Made by a program: the position numbers and the translations under genes. This document shows, piece after piece, positions 60,448-64,000 of a stretch of DNA of 64,000 nucleotides (positions are counted from its first letter, which is position 1; every line of letters begins with the position of its first letter). This DNA comes from Amoebophrya sp. A120. Taxonomy: Eukaryota > Protista > Dinoflagellata. The stretch spans positions 1,547,907 through 1,611,906 of the forward strand of contig CAJINV010000009.1 of assembly GCA_905178155.1 (NCBI GenBank). Direction: 5' to 3'. The notes beneath the pieces are model-generated. The model did not search any database. It saw only the letters and a list, made by a program, of their open reading frames with translations, and was not told the origin of the DNA.

Positions 60448-62160
60448 GAGAACAGGACTGCTGTGGTGCTTTTCAATATCCGAACGGTCCTGGCCGAGGC
60501 GTGAAGAACCGCTAAGACTAGAATGAAAGTAAACGACACCGTTCAACGCGTAAGTAAACGCACTCTACGAAAAACGACTCCTAGACTAAGTAATGTACAT
60601 CATTACAATGATTGCCGTGGCCGTCACCACATTGCTGGTTCTGCCGGCCGCGACTCCGAGCCTCTACATGGCGTTCTGCTAAAGATAGTTGACCAAATTG
60701 ATAAGTAATTGCAATGCTTTGTCGAGCGCAAATTCGGTTCTCGCTTTGTTTCTGATGCTCCTCTTTTCACACTATACATAGCCAGAACTTCGGATTCGGT
60801 CTTCATCGATAGCGAGCGCAAACAGGTCGACCACAACTGCCGAGCGAGTTTTGTGCTACTAGCTTCGTTTCTCGAACTTGATAAACTATTGGCTGTCTGT
60901 CCCCGAGTGCTGCATCGATTTGAGTGGCCCAATGCCAGAGTGAAATTTCCGTCGTTAGATACATAATGGCTCTCCTACATATTCGGCTAACCAATTTTTT
61001 CATCCGCTACTTTTTGATCCAGGTCCCCCCAAGTATTCCGAAGCTGTGCACTTTGTAAGGCGTATAAAACTGTACAGATTTTCGGCGCCCCTCACCGAAA
61101 GCTACCATACCTTTTTGAATTTGAAGAACATTGTTGGTTGTATCAGCTTCTTTTCGAACGACCATACGCACTATTAGTTGGTAGGAAAAAAAACAAAAGT
61201 CGTAGACCCCACCGATCCTTCCTTCTTGAAACACAGTGGTCAGTAGGGTTCTATCTCTTGTTTACAGTGCTTCACCGCGGTCCCATTGCAAGCATTTGGT
61301 CGGAAAGCAAGTACCTAAGAAGATATTTTCTACACCAATATTTGTTTTGTCGTGGAATTTGTTCGAGCACTAGATCGTTCTTTTTTGCATGTTATCGCAA
61401 ATTCTGAACAAGAACTACAATTTGTCGATATTGAAGCAAGAAGTCAGGTTGTTTTCCTCTGTAGATAAAACGTACAACCTTTTATGCACTACCGCACTGT
61501 TTCTCTTTTTTATCCTCTGTCTTCTACTCACGCTCTTCTATTTTTTCCTCTAGAAATATAAACCCACAAAAATATACATCCGAAATACATAGTAATAGTT
61601 AGTATTCCTTGATAAACACGGAGCGAAATCTTGACTTCTGTCTACTGTTGCTAGACTCCCTCGGTCAGATTTGTTCGTACTTTTTTTCGACTTCATAAAT
61701 TTAGAAAATTTCTGTGGTTGATTGCTTCTGTTTGCAAGAAGTCCACATTACCATAGGTCTCTACTACCTAAAGTCGGTTTTTACCAGAAGATAGCTTTGT
61801 TTATTGCTGGGGGGCAATAGGACCATACTTTTACTTTTCAAATAAAGGTTTCTGCTAGACGATTCCCATAGCGCGGTCTTATCCCGCCTGCTTTACGTCA
61901 CAAACGTCAAGAAGTTCGTCGTCTTTCGTCTTGTTTTTTGGGCGTGATAATAAATATTCAGGCTGTGCTTCTAGGCAGGAAAAAGAGCGTGGCTGCACAA
62001 GCGTACGTTATTGAAAACAAGCTCGGGATAGTACTACACACTACAAACAGGGTAAAAGGGATAATCTACAACAATAGGCTGAACCTGAAGAAATAGCGTA
62101 CCACTGAGAGAATTTATTATCGAGAAAAATCACAGAGAGCAGGATAAGAAAGAATTTATT

Positions 62161-64000
62161 ATGGAGAAATATTATGCCAACGAACAGATTGGGCAGTCCA
62201 GCTCCTCGTGTGCCCGGGATCTGAACAACGACCTGAACGACAACATGGGTACGACATCACAACCGGGCTTCCTGCAGCGCATCATCGGGAAGTGCCTGCA
62301 CAGCCGGCAGTACCTGCCGCTCGGCCACGATGCGGAGCAGCAGCGAGGGGGCGACGGAGACGTGTCTGCGGGGCACGTCGGGAGGTACATCTCCCTCGCG
62401 AACAACGACCGGGCAAGCAAGTTCGCCTGCCACGTGCCGGCGATCATCACGTTCAGTTCAACGGCACTGTTTCTCTTCGCGCTCTTCTACTCCCAGGTGA
62501 TGTTCATACATCTCACGCTTTTCATGGGCGCCTGGATGTTCGGCTGGGTGAGTTACATGGGCATTTGCAGCTACTTCGGCGTCAAGAAGATGCGATACGA
62601 ATGCAGCCAGGACTGGGGCAAGCAGTGGGAGGATTATTTGGTACCAATGGGCGAGTTAGTTTCAATTTTATGATACTACGTACACTTTCATGATGACACA
62701 TTTGTCAGTAACTACATACTTAGATAGATTTGGATTGTTTGCGTATGTGCGTGCATGTGGGGGTTTTTACTCATGTGCCAACTCGCATTCCGATCAATCA
62801 ACAGGCTCGCAATCCGGGTTGCGACGAGGGTCTGCTGCATTTCGTTATTTTGCCAAATTACGACGAAGAGGAGGAAATGATGTCGCAAACGATTAACAAC
62901 GTGGCCAACAACAAGCTCGCGAAAAAATACATGGTCGTTGTGCTCGCCATGGAAGCACGAGAGGGCGAAGCAGGACAACAGAAAGCAAACAAGTATAGCT
63001 AGACTGTAGTGTTTTTACTCAATGGTTTGTCGTAGTCGTGCAGAAAATTTGTTCTGTCGCGGGTTTGCAATGCTCCCTACTAACCCGCGGATGTCACAGT
63101 CATGTCAGTCATGATTTATGAATATACTTGCAATTATGGGACGCGATAGATACTTACAAGCAATAAGCAAAATCAACAACGAACCTCACAGCCTGATCCA
63201 GAGACACCAGCACCTGTTCAAGGCCATGTTTGCGACTTACCATCCGGCAAGCATCCCGGGCGAAGTGAAGGGGAAATCCTCAAACACGCAGTGGGCTTAC
63301 CGTGAAGTGCAAAGATGGTATGTTTTTCGTACCCAAGAAAAACTTCAGGCTAGTTCCAAAGCCAAGTGCAAGTATGTAAATCTCAATGTTGCCGTTCCTG
63401 AATACTAGGAGTCAGATCTTCTTGCAGCGTCGGCGTCCGCAACTCCACGCCACGAGAGAAACTAACACACGAAACAAAAACAGGTATGGAGCCCACGTCT
63501 CTCGCGAAGGAGGGGAGCAGGATGCGAGCAAGGTTTTCTTGACGGTCGCGGATGCCGACAGCATCCACCACAAAGAGTACTTTGCCAATTTGACGCTAAA
63601 GGCCATGCCACTCTCAAGGGAAGAGCGAACCTGGACCATGTGGCAGCCACCAATACTGAACTGGAGAAACTGGGAAACGGTATAATGACATCAGCTAGGC
63701 TTGTTTTTACTAGCATCCAGCATGATCGGAAACTGACACGACCCCGGAACCGGATCAAAATCTCAATGCATTTTGTTTGTTCTTCCATCTTCGCGTTTCC
63801 TAAATCAAATCGCAAACGACCAACACGCGGCCTCTTTTCAGGTTCCCGGTCCCGTCCGGACTTCCTCTTACGGGACCTTTCTGTTCGAAGTTTCCGGTCT
63901 GGTGTCCTCCCCGGTGATTGACCACTTGGTCTTTTCGACCTACACACTCACGCTCGCGCTGGCCAACCACCCCATCGTGGACGGGTGGGATGCCGACGTG
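62161..64000 (+). CDS. GT2-family membrane glycosyltransferase, 3' partial; join(62161..62640,62805..62992,63192..63317,63484..63679,63842..>64000)
   Basis: N-terminal TM helices; HFVILPNYDE, VVLAMEARE, HP..GEVKGKSSN, DXD motif VADAD, WQPP, GWDADV; four phase-compatible GT-AG introns. Confidence 0.85.

Noticed and set aside
60500-62100. Short ORFs between RFC5 and the glycosyltransferase
   Set aside because: AT-rich, no coding bias or motif; treated as intergenic or UTR.

Overview
Eukaryotic nuclear DNA, most consistent with a syndinian dinoflagellate such as Amoebophrya. This is an inference from about 15 co-oriented + strand genes, long low-complexity proteins, and introns bounded by inverted plus direct repeats. 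Recognisable genes: a FAM221-like protein, a METTL21/Methyltransf_16-type methyltransferase with a C-terminal Pkr1-like membrane domain, mitochondrial ribosomal protein S6, a Methyltransf_24-type methyltransferase, RFC5 (yeast Rfc3), a GT2-family membrane glycosyltransferase (runs off the 3' end), two helical-repeat organellar-type proteins and several large orphans. The most notable feature is a set of transposon-like introns (57 bp to 1.73 kb) with terminal inverted repeats and a 5-bp target-site duplication; removing the element plus one duplication restores the host frame without GT-AG. Also present: a 5.05-kb non-autonomous hAT-like element carrying a 39-bp palindrome array, strongly GC-shifted repeat DNA, a 14x141-bp intronic satellite, and two frame disruptions. 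All domain calls are from motif recognition by eye; no searches were run.
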